NCBI GenBank assembly: GCA_019233975.1
Contig: JAFALY010000035.1
Location: 65,819-129,818 of the forward strand
Length of the DNA: 64,000 nucleotides
Source of the DNA: Alphaproteobacteria bacterium
GTDB lineage: Bacteria; Pseudomonadota; Alphaproteobacteria; UBA9219
Reading direction: 5' to 3'
The position numbers were made by a program, and so were the translations under genes. Numbering within the stretch: position 1 is the stretch's first letter; each line of letters opens with the position of its first letter. The notes under the pieces were generated by a model that was not told where the DNA came from, made no database searches, and saw only the letters and a program-made list of their open reading frames with translations. Shown one piece after another: positions 10,296 to 20,447 of this stretch.

Positions 10296-11033
10296 ATGCA
10301 AACACCGGATCCCCATAACACGCGCCCGCTTGCCGATTTACACAATGTTGACCTGATCCTTTGGGATCTGGACGGAACCAAATACACCTATCACCGCGAT
10401 ATCGAAGAACACGTCTATAAGGCGTTGATACCAGTCGTGAAGCAAAGGTTGGCGGAAAACGGATTGCCGCCGCTGACCGATGCGCAAATCCGCGACATTG
10501 GCGGCCGATCCTTCCGTACGCACAGCGTCAGCTGGATGGGATTTGCCGAAGAATATGGCTTTGACTGGCGCACTTTATTTGAAGATTACCAGAATGCGAT
10601 TTCGATTGATGTGGTTCTGGGCGAACCCTGTGACCGTTATCTGGCGTTGCTGGAAAAAACGCGCGCACTTGGCATCCGCCACGCCATCTTTACCCATTCG
10701 AACGCGCCGTGGGTCTGGCGTGTTCTGGAAAAGCTGGGACTGAAGGAATTTTTTGCGGATTGCCCCATTTTTGATCTGCATTTCACCGATGGCGCCATGA
10801 AACAGCATGGCCGGACGGGCTATGAGATTGTGCTGTCGAGCCTTGGCGTTGCAGCGGAACGGGTCCTGATGGTTGATGATTTTCCGCAAAACCTGTCGGG
10901 CGCCAAGGAACTCGGTATGCTGACTGCCCTCATGGACCGTGAACATGGCTACGCTGGCACACCCGCGCCGCAGGCTGACTACCGGTTTGCCCTGCCGCAG
11001 GATTTGCTGACCGCCCTGCTGGAAACCCGCTAA
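10296..11033 (+). CDS. HAD-superfamily hydrolase (pyrimidine 5'-nucleotidase-like)
   Basis: Motif I 'LWDLDGT' and motif IV 'MVDD' are present. Confidence 0.65.
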   Translation: MQTPDPHNTRPLADLHNVDLILWDLDGTKYTYHRDIEEHVYKALIPVVKQRLAENGLPPLTDAQIRDIGGRSFRTHSVSWMGFAEEYGFDWRTLFEDYQNAISIDVVLGEPCDRYLALLEKTRALGIRHAIFTHSNAPWVWRVLEKLGLKEFFADCPIFDLHFTDGAMKQHGRTGYEIVLSSLGVAAERVLMVDDFPQNLSGAKELGMLTALMDREHGYAGTPAPQADYRFALPQDLLTALLETR

Positions 11034-11130
11034 TCACCGCAGAACAAATTATGGTTGTATCCTGCCTATAAATGCATACTATAGCGTGCAGTCGATGGGG
11101 TCGCGCCCGGTGGCATAGTGGCAGTACAAA

Positions 11131-11613
11131 ATGTCTAACGAATTGATAGATAACGATAATGTGGCGATATTGATTGACGATCATGTCAGCAATCGCATTA
11201 AGCTACGCCGTAACATGCTGGGCATCACGCAGGGTCAGTTGGCCAAATTCTTGGGTCTGACCTTCCAACAGGTACAGAAATACGAAAACGCGTCCAATAG
11301 AATAGGCGCCGGCCGTTTGAAGATGGTGGCTGATTTTCTACAGGTGCCCGTCAGCTGGTTTTATGAAGGATTAGAAGGTGCTGCGCCTGCTTTTGTAGGG
11401 ATTGCCGAAGGCAAACAGGCAGCGTTGGAAGACGCACCTCCTGGGGGCGTGGCCCGTCCTGCGTCACAAAAAGCCTCAGCCTTGGACGTCGATGTGCTGG
11501 CCAAGCCCGAAACCATGGATCTGATCCGCGCTTATTACGCGGTCAAGGATCGCGACCAACGCCGGAAAATAGTCGACCTTATCAAGAGCATGGCGGACAG
11601 CGACGCCGTTTAA
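11131..11613 (+). CDS. XRE-family helix-turn-helix transcriptional regulator
   Basis: HTH_XRE core 'LRRNMLGITQGQLAKFLGLTFQQVQKYENASNRIGAGRL' with a C-terminal acidic region. Confidence 0.7.
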   Translation: MSNELIDNDNVAILIDDHVSNRIKLRRNMLGITQGQLAKFLGLTFQQVQKYENASNRIGAGRLKMVADFLQVPVSWFYEGLEGAAPAFVGIAEGKQAALEDAPPGGVARPASQKASALDVDVLAKPETMDLIRAYYAVKDRDQRRKIVDLIKSMADSDAV

Positions 11614-11733
11614 GAGACATGGCGTTTTCGTGACAAAACAGGCCTTTGGCTTGATCGCTTCGTTAATTCATGCTTTGTTGGCCGTCCCCGCGTGTGCAAC
11701 GCAACCTGCCCCTGCCAAAGACGGAAATAGATT

Positions 11734-12915
11734 ATGATCAGCAAAGTTAAGAAAAACTACCTTTTCACCTCTGAATCAGTTGGCGAAGGGCACCCGGACA
11801 AGGTCTGTGACCGTATTTCGGATTCGATTGTCGATTTGTTCCTGAGCCATGACCCGCAAAGCCGCGTGGCCGTTGAAACGCTGGCGACCACCAACCGTAT
11901 CGTTCTGGCCGGTGAAATTCGCGGGCCGCGCCTGATTACCCCCGCCGAAATGGAAAAGGCCGCGCGCGAAGCGGTACGTGAAATCGGCTATGCCCAAAAG
12001 GGCTTCCACTGGCAATGGGCGGATGTTGAAATTCACGTCCATGCGCAATCCGAAGATATCGCGATTGGTGTCGATGCGTCCGGTAACAAGGACGAAGGTG
12101 CTGGCGACCAGGGTATCATGTTCGGTTATGCCTGCCGCGAAACACCGACTTTTATGCCAGCGCCGATTTTCTATTCGCACAAGATTTTGCGCCTGATCTC
12201 CGAAGCCCGTCATGCTGGCAAGCTGCCGACGCTCGGCCCCGATGCGAAAAGCCAGGTCACGCTTGAATATGTAGACGGCGTGCCGGTCCGTGCGGCGCGC
12301 GTTGTCGTGTCGACCCAGCATGATGAAAAGATCGATCAGGCCGAAGTGCGCGAAATCGTGCGCCCGTTTGTTGTGCAGGCTTTGCCGGAAGGCTGGATGT
12401 GCGAAGACCAGTATTTCTATGTGAACCCGACGGGTCGCTTTGTCATCGGCGGTCCCGATGGCGACGCCGGTCTGACGGGCCGCAAGATTATCGTCGATAC
12501 TTACGGTGGCGCAGCCCCCCATGGCGGCGGTGCGTTTTCGGGCAAGGATCCCACCAAGGTTGACCGTTCGGCCGCTTATATGGCGCGTTATCTGGCCAAA
12601 AACATTGTGGCTGCGGGCATTGCCGACCGTTGCACCCTGCAATTGGCCTATGCCATCGGCGTGTCTGAACCGCTCGCGCTTTACGTTTCGACGCATGACA
12701 CGAACCATGTCGATGATGAAAAACTGCCGACTGTCTTGCGCGATATGGTGCGCCTGTCGCCGCGCGGCATTCGCGAACATCTGCAGCTGAACCGCCCGAT
12801 TTATAAAAAGACGTCTTCGTTCGGGCACTTTGGTCGCGAGCCGGAGGCGGATGGTCATTTCTCGTGGGAACGCCTTGACCTCGTCCCCGAACTGAAGCGC
12901 ACGTTCAATCTCTAA
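11734..12915 (+). CDS. metK: S-adenosylmethionine synthetase
   Basis: '[12 protein letters not shown]', 'GAGDQG' and 'GGGAFSGKD' signatures are present. Confidence 0.95.
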   Translation: MISKVKKNYLFTSESVGEGHPDKVCDRISDSIVDLFLSHDPQSRVAVETLATTNRIVLAGEIRGPRLITPAEMEKAAREAVREIGYAQKGFHWQWADVEIHVHAQSEDIAIGVDASGNKDEGAGDQGIMFGYACRETPTFMPAPIFYSHKILRLISEARHAGKLPTLGPDAKSQVTLEYVDGVPVRAARVVVSTQHDEKIDQAEVREIVRPFVVQALPEGWMCEDQYFYVNPTGRFVIGGPDGDAGLTGRKIIVDTYGGAAPHGGGAFSGKDPTKVDRSAAYMARYLAKNIVAAGIADRCTLQLAYAIGVSEPLALYVSTHDTNHVDDEKLPTVLRDMVRLSPRGIREHLQLNRPIYKKTSSFGHFGREPEADGHFSWERLDLVPELKRTFNL

Positions 12916-12923
12916 GGAAGGGA

Positions 12924-14270
12924 TTGCCGATGTCGCGTAAACTTTTTGGTACCGATGGCATTCGCGGCCTGGCGAACCAGGAGCCGATGACCGCCGAAAC
13001 AGCGTTGGCCGTTGCCATGGCGGCAGGCGGTCAGTTCCGCAGTGGCTCGCATCGTCACCGCGTGGTCATCGGGAAGGATACGCGTCTGTCGGGCTATTTG
13101 CTGGAGCCGGCACTGACAGCGGGCTTTATCGCACAGGGGATGGATGTCATCCTTCTGGGACCGTTGCCCACACCCGCCGTTGCCATGCTGACGCGCAGCC
13201 TGCGCGCGGATCTGGGCGTGATGATCTCTGCCTCGCACAATCCGTATCAGGATAACGGCATCAAACTGTTTGGCCCGAACGGCGGCAAACTTTCGGATGA
13301 TGTCGAAGCGCGTATCGAAGCCGATATGCAAAACGGCACAGGGCAAAACCGCGTGCCGTCCGATGCGTTGGGCCGCGCCAGCCGTCTGGATGACGCGATT
13401 GGCCGTTATGTTGAATATGTCAAAGCGACTTTCCCGGGCAATACGCTTGAAGGGTTGAAGATTGTCGTCGATTGCGCCAACGGTGCGGCATACAAGGTGG
13501 CGCCGACAGTTTTGTGGGAGCTGGGGGCCGAGGTTGTGCCGATTGCGGTCACGCCGGATGGCCGTAACATCAATGACCGTTGTGGCGCCACGCATACGCG
13601 TTTGATGCAGGAAGCGGTTTTGCTGCATCAGGCCGATATCGGTATTGCGCTGGATGGTGATGCCGACCGTTTGATTATCGCCGACGAAAAAGGACAGAAG
13701 GTTGATGGCGACCAGCTGATGGGCCTGATTGCAACGCATATGGCCAAGCGCGGCGCGTTAAAAGGCGGGGCCGTTGTCGCGACCGTTATGTCTAATCTGG
13801 GACTTGAACGCCATTTGCAGGCGCAGGGTTTGCGCCTGATCCGCACACCTGTGGGTGACCGTTATGTGGTCGAAGCGATGCAGGAAAAAGGGTGCAATCT
13901 GGGCGGTGAACAATCCGGCCATATTGTCCTGAGCGATTACAGCACGACAGGCGATGGCTTGATCGCCGCGCTGCAGGTGCTGGCCGTCTTGCGCGAAAGC
14001 GGCAGGAAGGCGAGCGAGCTTTGCGCCGTTTTCAAACCCCTGCCGCAGATCCTCAGCAATGTGCGCGCGCCGGGCGAGATTTTGCAGAAACCCGCCGTAC
14101 AGGCCGCCATTGCCACGGCTGAACAAAGTCTGGGCGACAAAGGGCGTGTGCTGATCCGCAAGTCGGGAACAGAACCGCTTATTCGTGTGATGGCTGAAGG
14201 CGAAGATGCCGACCTCGTTCAACGCGTGGTGGGCGACATCGTCGCCGTTATCACAAAGGAAGCGGCGTAA
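12924..14270 (+). CDS. glmM: phosphoglucosamine mutase
   Basis: 'LFGTDGIRG' and the active-site 'SASHNP' motif are present; the length is 448 aa. Confidence 0.95.
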   Translation: MPMSRKLFGTDGIRGLANQEPMTAETALAVAMAAGGQFRSGSHRHRVVIGKDTRLSGYLLEPALTAGFIAQGMDVILLGPLPTPAVAMLTRSLRADLGVMISASHNPYQDNGIKLFGPNGGKLSDDVEARIEADMQNGTGQNRVPSDALGRASRLDDAIGRYVEYVKATFPGNTLEGLKIVVDCANGAAYKVAPTVLWELGAEVVPIAVTPDGRNINDRCGATHTRLMQEAVLLHQADIGIALDGDADRLIIADEKGQKVDGDQLMGLIATHMAKRGALKGGAVVATVMSNLGLERHLQAQGLRLIRTPVGDRYVVEAMQEKGCNLGGEQSGHIVLSDYSTTGDGLIAALQVLAVLRESGRKASELCAVFKPLPQILSNVRAPGEILQKPAVQAAIATAEQSLGDKGRVLIRKSGTEPLIRVMAEGEDADLVQRVVGDIVAVITKEAA

Positions 14271-14300
14271 CCCGACCCACCGGTCGCGGCGCAAGACGAA

Positions 14301-15479
14301 ATGGAACTGGGTATGTCCTTGGCTTTGATTATCGCGCTTATCAGTTTTATCGGCTGGGTTTATCTGGCGTTCTTTCATGACGCATTCTGGCAACCGCTGA
14401 CTTTCCCTTTGTCGCCGGAACCCACAACATGGCCCGAGGTTGCGATTATCGTCCCCGCGCGTAATGAGACCGATAGCCTGCCACAAACCCTGCCGTCATG
14501 GCTGGCGCAGGATTACAAAGGTGTCTGGCGCGTCATTCTGGTCGATGACCACAGCACAGACGGCACGGCGGCAACCGCACGCGCTATCGCCAAGCGTCTG
14601 GGTCGCGAAGACAGGTTGGAGGTTATCGCGGCTCCGGACCTGCCGCAGGGCTGGCTGGGTAAGGTGGCTGCGATGCAGGCGGGCGTTGCCGCCAGTCAGT
14701 CGGATTATATCTTGTTCACGGATGCCGATATTCGCCATGCGCCGCACAGCCTGTCGCGTCTGGTTGCGCGTGCTGTTGAAATGAAGCTCGACCTCACCTC
14801 GCAAATGGTGCGGTTGCGTTGCGTCGCGGTTGCTGAAAAATTACTGATCCCGGCTTTTGTTTTTTTCTTTGGCATGCTGTACCCGTTCCGCCGTGCCAAT
14901 GATGCGAACCATGATATGGCCGCCGCCGCAGGCGGGACCATGCTGGTGCGCCGCAAGGCGTTGCAGAATGCAGGCGGCATGGCGGCGTTGCGTAACGCGC
15001 TGATTGATGACTGTACATTGGCGCGGGCGATCAAGTTGGCGGGCGGCGGCGCGGATGAACAGGGTTTGCCGGTCAAGGGGCGTATTGAACTGACATTGGC
15101 CACGGATACGGAATCTCTGCGCCCCTATCCCGATATTGCCGATGTTTGGGACATGGTAGCCCGCACGGCATTTACACAATTGCGTTATTCAACCGCTATG
15201 CTGGCGGGTGCTTTGTGCGGGCTGTCGCTTTTGTTTCTGGTGCCGCCCTTGTTGCCCGTTTTGTCGGATTCTGCGGGTGCTGGGCTGTGGGCCATGGCGG
15301 CTTGGCTTCTGATGGCGCTGATTTATGTGCCTATGGTCATGTTTTATAAACAATCTCCGCTCTGGGCATTGACACTGCCACTGGCGGCGGCGATTTATAT
15401 GGCTGCAACTTTTGACTCGGCTTTGCGCTATTGGCGCGGGCAGGGCGGTTTGTGGAAAGGCCGCGCGCAAGCATCATGA
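14301..15479 (+). CDS. hpnB: hopanoid-associated family 2 glycosyltransferase (HpnB-like)
   Basis: GT2 motifs 'VAIIVPARNE', 'ILVDDHSTDGT' and 'FTDADI', with an N-terminal TM and C-terminal TM segments. Its stop overlaps the hpnC start (ATGA), the same position HpnB occupies in Zymomonas-type hpn clusters. Confidence 0.6.
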   Translation: MELGMSLALIIALISFIGWVYLAFFHDAFWQPLTFPLSPEPTTWPEVAIIVPARNETDSLPQTLPSWLAQDYKGVWRVILVDDHSTDGTAATARAIAKRLGREDRLEVIAAPDLPQGWLGKVAAMQAGVAASQSDYILFTDADIRHAPHSLSRLVARAVEMKLDLTSQMVRLRCVAVAEKLLIPAFVFFFGMLYPFRRANDANHDMAAAAGGTMLVRRKALQNAGGMAALRNALIDDCTLARAIKLAGGGADEQGLPVKGRIELTLATDTESLRPYPDIADVWDMVARTAFTQLRYSTAMLAGALCGLSLLFLVPPLLPVLSDSAGAGLWAMAAWLLMALIYVPMVMFYKQSPLWALTLPLAAAIYMAATFDSALRYWRGQGGLWKGRAQAS

Positions 15480-16342
15480 CCAACAAAGCCATCATTCCCG
15501 CCTCCGAACCCGCGACCGATCAGGCCTTTAACGCGTGGAAAAATCAAAATACAGAAAATTTTCCGGTAGGGTCGTTCCTTATCCGCGCCGCGTTGCGGCC
15601 GCATGTACATGCTTTTTATGCCTTTGCCCGTGCGGCGGATAATATTTCCGATGACCCGCTGATGGACGCGGCCGAGAAAATCCGCCGCCTGAACCAGTTT
15701 GCGCTGACGCTCGGTAACGCCGACTGCACCAAGGTGCCAGAGGCTGCCCTGATGCGCCAAAGTCTGACCGCAACACGGATATCGCCGCGGCATTGCCTTG
15801 ACCTGCTGACGGCCTTTAAGCGCGATGCGACGCAATTGCGCTATCAGAATTGGGATGAGCTGCTGGACTACTGCCGTTATTCGGCGGCGCCTGTCGGACG
15901 TTATGTTCTGGCGTTGCACGGTATTGGCGAGGCGGCTTGGCCTGCGAATGACGCGCTGTGCGCGGCGTTGCAGATCATCAATCATATTCAGGATTGCGCG
16001 GATGATTATCGCGAACTGGACCGCGCCTATATTCCGGAGGATATGCTGTTGATGCGTGGCGCCAATCTGGCCGACCTTTCTGCCGTTAAATGCACGGAAC
16101 CGTTGCGCCTGACATTGCAGGATATGCTCGACCGGCTTAAACCGCTCATGACATTGGCGCACAGCTTCCCGGGACAGATCCGCGATGTGCGTTTAAAACT
16201 GGAAGTTTCGGTGATTGTGGCGTTGGCCGATGACATGATCGCCTGCCTGCGCCGCCGCGATCCGTTGGCTGAGGAAACCAAACTGGGCAAGGGGGCTGTT
16301 ATCTGGGCCGCTTTGCGTGGTGCCGCAGGGGCATGGTTTTAA
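15476..16342 (+). CDS. hpnC: squalene/phytoene-synthase family protein, hydroxysqualene synthase HpnC
   Basis: Squalene/phytoene synthase fold with Asp-rich motifs 'ARAADNISDD' and 'DCADDY'. The HpnC/HpnD assignment is by gene order. The ATG at 15476 overlaps the hpnB stop; the listed ORF begins at 15431. Confidence 0.75.
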   Translation: MTNKAIIPASEPATDQAFNAWKNQNTENFPVGSFLIRAALRPHVHAFYAFARAADNISDDPLMDAAEKIRRLNQFALTLGNADCTKVPEAALMRQSLTATRISPRHCLDLLTAFKRDATQLRYQNWDELLDYCRYSAAPVGRYVLALHGIGEAAWPANDALCAALQIINHIQDCADDYRELDRAYIPEDMLLMRGANLADLSAVKCTEPLRLTLQDMLDRLKPLMTLAHSFPGQIRDVRLKLEVSVIVALADDMIACLRRRDPLAEETKLGKGAVIWAALRGAAGAWF

Positions 16343-17232
16343 TGCAGGACACGCTGACGACTTACGAAGCGGCGATGACGGACGTTAAAAACCGTGTGAA
16401 TGCGGCGCGTTCGTCTTTTCAGGCGGGTATGCAGCTTCTGCCCCGCGACCGTCGTGACGGTATGTATGCATTTTACGCCTTTTGCCGCGTAGTGGATGAT
16501 ATTGCCGATGACAGCCCCACGCCGGAGATTGCCGCCCAAGGTTTGGCCGAATGGCGACAGAAAATTCAGGCACTGTTTCACGGTCGCGCCTGCGACAGCA
16601 TCACAATCGCGCTGTTGCCTGCCGTGCGCCGCTATCATCTGGTTGAGGCTGATTTTCAAGCGATCATTGACGGCATGGAAATGGATTCGATTGCCATCGT
16701 GGCGCCGGATACGCAAACGCTCGACCTCTATTGCGACCGCGTGGCCAGCGCCGTGGGGCGTGTGTCTGTGCGGATGTTTGGCGATAATAGTGATAATGCG
16801 CAGCGCCTTGCCTATCATCTGGGGCGTGCGTTTCAGCTGACCAACATTTTGCGCGACCTTGCTGAAGACGCCGCGCGCGGCAGGTTGTATCTACCCTCCG
16901 AACTTTTGGCCAAACATGGCGTGCAGTCACGCGTGCCGCAGGATGTGTTGCGCGATTCGGCTTTGCAGAATGTTTGCCGTGATCTGGCCGCACTGGCCGC
17001 CACGCATTACAAAGAGGCGGATACCTGTATGCTGCGCAGTATGGCCTTGGGCCACCGGGCGGCCATGCGTCCGCCGCAGATGATGCGCGCCTATTATGGT
17101 GCGATCTTCGACAGGCTCCGCGCCGCCGACTGGAAAGATCCGTCCACGCGCATCTCGCTTTCCGGTATACAAAAGCTGGGGCTCGCGCTGCAGACCTGGG
17201 CGTCACAGCTTTTTATCTCAAAGGCGGCCTGA
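16342..17232 (+). CDS. hpnD: squalene/phytoene-synthase family protein, presqualene diphosphate synthase HpnD
   Basis: Asp-rich 'FCRVVDDIADD' and 'LRDLAEDAARGRLYLP' motifs are present. TAATG start overlap with hpnC; the alternative ATG is at 16333. Confidence 0.75.
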   Translation: MQDTLTTYEAAMTDVKNRVNAARSSFQAGMQLLPRDRRDGMYAFYAFCRVVDDIADDSPTPEIAAQGLAEWRQKIQALFHGRACDSITIALLPAVRRYHLVEADFQAIIDGMEMDSIAIVAPDTQTLDLYCDRVASAVGRVSVRMFGDNSDNAQRLAYHLGRAFQLTNILRDLAEDAARGRLYLPSELLAKHGVQSRVPQDVLRDSALQNVCRDLAALAATHYKEADTCMLRSMALGHRAAMRPPQMMRAYYGAIFDRLRAADWKDPSTRISLSGIQKLGLALQTWASQLFISKAA

Positions 17233-18503
17233 TGGCTCCGCGTCATACACATATTGTCGGTGCCGGTGTTGCGGGCTTGGCGGCGGCGCTGCAATTGGCG
17301 TTGTCGGATGAAAAAGTTACGCTATACGAAGCCGCCCCTTTCGCAGGTGGGCGTTGCCGTTCCTTTTATGACCGTGAATTGGGACACCGTATCGACAACG
17401 GTAATCATCTGGTGCTGTCGGGTAATGTCGCCATTCGCGATTATCTGCACCTCAGCCAGGCGACCGAGACGATGGGCGGCCCCGGCAAGCCACTGTTTCC
17501 TTTTATGGACATGAAAAGTGGCGAACGCTGGAACGTGCATATGAACAAAGGGCCTTTGCCCTTCTGGCTTCTGGATAAAAAACGCCGCGTGCCGGGCGCG
17601 ACATGGCGCGATTATCTGTCAGCCTTCAAGGTCATGACAGCACGGGGTGATGACCGTGTGGGGCAGCGACTGAATCTCGACTCGACCTTCTATAAAAGGT
17701 TTTGGGAACCATTGGTGATCGGCGCTTTGAACACCGAGGCGGAAATTGCTTCCGCCCCCATGCTCGCTACCATTATGGGACAGACTTTTCTGGCGGGCGG
17801 TGAGGCTTGCATTCCCCTGATCCCCAAGGTCGGGCTGTCTGAAACTTTTGTGCAGCCGACCCTGAATGTTTTGCGTCAGGCGGGTGTTGACGTGAAGTAC
17901 AATCAACGCCTGCGTGCCATGGCGGTGGACGGCAATGCTGTGCGTCAACTGGACTTTAACGGCACTGTGGTGGATATCGCACCTGATGATTGGGTTGTTT
18001 TCGCTCTGCCCGCCTGGGTCGTGCAGAACCTGTTGCCGGATGTGCAATTACCCAATGATTTTCGTTCCATCATCAACGCGCATTTCCGCGTGGATGGCGT
18101 GCAGGACCCCGTGGGGTTCGCAGGCGTCGTCAATGGGCTGGCCGAATGGGTTTTCGCGCGCGAAGGCGTGGCCTCTGTCACCATCAGTTGCGCCGAACGC
18201 TACGGCGAATATCCTGTGCGCGACATGGTGCCTTATATCTGGAAAGACGTGGCCCGGCTTTATGACCTGGATCCTGATCGCGTGCCGCCGCATCGCATCT
18301 TTAAGGAAAAATACGCGACCTTTGCCGCGACGCCGGAACAAAATCTGCGTCGTCCCGCCGCTTATGTCGGGTGGAAGAATCTGGCGCTGGCGGGAGAATG
18401 GACGGCGACCGGGCTGCCGACGACGATCGAAAGCGCGATCCGCTCCGGCTTTAAGGCGGCGCAGCTCGTGCTCCGCTGGACAGCAGGCCAGGCTGCCGCC
18501 TGA
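17232..18503 (+). CDS. hpnE: hydroxysqualene dehydroxylase HpnE (FAD-dependent amine-oxidase fold)
   Basis: FAD-binding 'IVGAGVAGLAAA...LYEAAPFAGGRCRS'. The start overlaps the hpnD stop by 1 nt. Confidence 0.8.
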   Translation: MAPRHTHIVGAGVAGLAAALQLALSDEKVTLYEAAPFAGGRCRSFYDRELGHRIDNGNHLVLSGNVAIRDYLHLSQATETMGGPGKPLFPFMDMKSGERWNVHMNKGPLPFWLLDKKRRVPGATWRDYLSAFKVMTARGDDRVGQRLNLDSTFYKRFWEPLVIGALNTEAEIASAPMLATIMGQTFLAGGEACIPLIPKVGLSETFVQPTLNVLRQAGVDVKYNQRLRAMAVDGNAVRQLDFNGTVVDIAPDDWVVFALPAWVVQNLLPDVQLPNDFRSIINAHFRVDGVQDPVGFAGVVNGLAEWVFAREGVASVTISCAERYGEYPVRDMVPYIWKDVARLYDLDPDRVPPHRIFKEKYATFAATPEQNLRRPAAYVGWKNLALAGEWTATGLPTTIESAIRSGFKAAQLVLRWTAGQAAA

Positions 18504-18517
18504 CGGCCTTCAATTAA

Positions 18518-19531
18518 TCAGATCAAGTCGCTCAGTTTCACCAGCGGGCGCGGACCATAATGGCTGATGACCTCTGCCGCCGCGATCGCGCCGATGCGCC
18601 CCGCCTCGGGCAGGCTCTTGCCATGTGTGATGCCGTAAAGGAATCCTGCGGCATACAAATCGCCGGCGCCCGTTGTGTCGATAACCTTGTCGACGGGGGC
18701 GGCGGGCACTTCATGCACGGCATCGCTGTTGGTAATGACTGCGCCCTTTTCGCCGCGCGTGACGACGGCAATGCCGGTATGTTTGCGTACTTCGGCGATG
18801 GCGCTGTTGAAGTCGTTCGTCTGGTAAAGCGCCAGAATCTCGGCCTCATTTGCGAACAGGATGTCGATATGGTTTTGCACCAGATCGTGAAACTCGGCGC
18901 GATGACGCTCGACACAGAACAGGTCGGAAAGCGTCAGGGCCATTGTTTTCTTGGCCTGCTTGACGATATCGGTCGCCTGATAAAAAGCGCGCTTGGCCGC
19001 AGGGCGGTCGAACAGATAGCCTTCGAGATAGGTAATTTGCGAACGCTGTAAAATATCGGCATTGATATCCTGTGGCTCAAATTCCACCGAAATGCCCAGA
19101 TACGTGTTCATGCTGCGCGCGGCGTCCGGCGTCACAAGGATGATGCAACGCCCGGTTGATATGCCGGCATAGGGGCCATGTTGATTATCGGGCACCGGGT
19201 GCGTGCTGAAATATACGCCCTGCGCGTGCATGTCGTGACGGAAGATGGTGCCCAACTGGTCTTCCTTGACCTTGCCCATAAAGGCGGCCTTGCCACCCAA
19301 TGAGGCAATACCGGTCATGGTGTTGGCGGCCGACCCGCCCGACGTTTCAACGGCGGGGCCGATCTTGTCATACAGGTCGCCAGAACGTCCGGCGCTGACC
19401 AGATTCATCGCATTCTTGGCGATATCCTGTTCGACCAGGAACGCATCATCGGCTTCGGCAATGATATCGACAAGCGCGTTTCCGATGGCGACAACGTCAA
19501 AAATCTGGTCATTCTGTATTTGGTCAGTCAT
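18518..19531 (-). CDS. PfkB-family carbohydrate/adenosine kinase
   Basis: Ribokinase-like 'AIGNALVDI' N-terminus and a C-terminal 'DTTGAGDLYAAGF' anion-hole motif. Confidence 0.75.
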   Translation of the reverse strand: MTDQIQNDQIFDVVAIGNALVDIIAEADDAFLVEQDIAKNAMNLVSAGRSGDLYDKIGPAVETSGGSAANTMTGIASLGGKAAFMGKVKEDQLGTIFRHDMHAQGVYFSTHPVPDNQHGPYAGISTGRCIILVTPDAARSMNTYLGISVEFEPQDINADILQRSQITYLEGYLFDRPAAKRAFYQATDIVKQAKKTMALTLSDLFCVERHRAEFHDLVQNHIDILFANEAEILALYQTNDFNSAIAEVRKHTGIAVVTRGEKGAVITNSDAVHEVPAAPVDKVIDTTGAGDLYAAGFLYGITHGKSLPEAGRIGAIAAAEVISHYGPRPLVKLSDLI

Positions 19532-19701
19532 GGGCGTTTCCGGTTGCGGGTCTATGGTGGGGTTTTGAGGCTGCGCATTCTGTCCTGATTGCCAATATAT
19601 ATCAAATAATTAATCATCGAATCATTGATTCGTTGCTTTTGCAGCTCGTGATGTGTTAACGAAACCTTACCCAGTCTTGCCAATATTCCGGAGGAGCAAC
19701 A

Positions 19702-20292
19702 ATGTTTGGACGTAAGGGCGCCGAAGGCGCTGAAAACGAAGTTCAGGAAACCGTTAACGAGTCGGGCAGCACACTCTCGCGTGCACCGGAACAGGCTCCC
19801 CGTACCGGCGTTGCGATGCCGAGCCCGGCCCGCCGCGTCGTCGAAATTCCCGGCGCCACCCGCCGCAACAGCAACGCCTCGGCTGAAGAACGTCGCCTGA
19901 CGGTCGGCAAGGGTTTGTCGCTGGCTGGTGAAATCACCTCGTGTGACATTTTGGTCGTCGAAGGTAAGGTGGAAGCCAAGCTGACGGACGGCAAATTGCT
20001 CGAAATCACCGAATCCGGTCAGTTCCGCGGCAGCGTCGAAATCGAAAACGCCGATATCGCCGGTCGTTATGACGGCAACCTGATCGTCCATGGCCGCCTG
20101 ACGGTGCGCACCACAGGCCGTATCAGCGGCATGGTCAAGTACGGCGAACTGGAAGTCAGTGCCGGCGGTCAGATCATCGGCGAAATGCAGGTGACGGGCG
20201 GCGGCGTTCAGGAACGCGGCAACGGCTTCAAGAATGCGGCGAAATCAACCGCCGGTTCCGACGAAGACGAAGATTCAAAGAAGTCGGCCTAA
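19702..20292 (+). CDS. bactofilin-family polymer-forming cytoskeletal protein
   Basis: Beta-helical bactofilin repeats ('ITSCDILVVEGKVEAKL', 'GRISGMVKYGELEVSAGGQIIGEM') with disordered acidic termini. Confidence 0.8.
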   Translation: MFGRKGAEGAENEVQETVNESGSTLSRAPEQAPRTGVAMPSPARRVVEIPGATRRNSNASAEERRLTVGKGLSLAGEITSCDILVVEGKVEAKLTDGKLLEITESGQFRGSVEIENADIAGRYDGNLIVHGRLTVRTTGRISGMVKYGELEVSAGGQIIGEMQVTGGGVQERGNGFKNAAKSTAGSDEDEDSKKSA

Positions 20293-20316
20293 TTAGTCGT
20301 AAGGCCTATTGATGAT

Positions 20317-20356
20317 AAGGATTCTGTCGCTTTTGTGGCAGAATCCTTATTTATTA
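20317..20356 (+). terminator. Rho-independent terminator after the bactofilin gene
   Basis: 10-bp perfect stem AAGGATTCTG/CAGAATCCTT with a 12-nt loop, followed by ATTTATTAT. Confidence 0.5.
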
Positions 20357-20447
20357 TCCGGGGTTTGTAATCCCTTTCCCCATGCCCCGTTTTCTGATAC
20401 CAGAAATCCGGTTTTCTTAAATTCACAATGGTCCCCGTACTGTCGCC

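Noticed and set aside
11776-12858. 360-aa minus-strand ORF antisense to metK
   Set aside because: metK is unambiguous on the plus strand; the antisense ORF is Arg-rich low-complexity and is a GC-skew artefact.
12912-14486. 275-aa and 242-aa minus-strand ORFs overlapping glmM and hpnB
   Set aside because: Shadow ORFs of strongly supported plus-strand genes; no motifs.
15428-17206. 244-aa, 159-aa and 180-aa minus-strand ORFs antisense to hpnC/hpnD
   Set aside because: Arg/Pro/His-rich antisense frames; the hpn genes are supported by conserved Asp-rich motifs and translational coupling.
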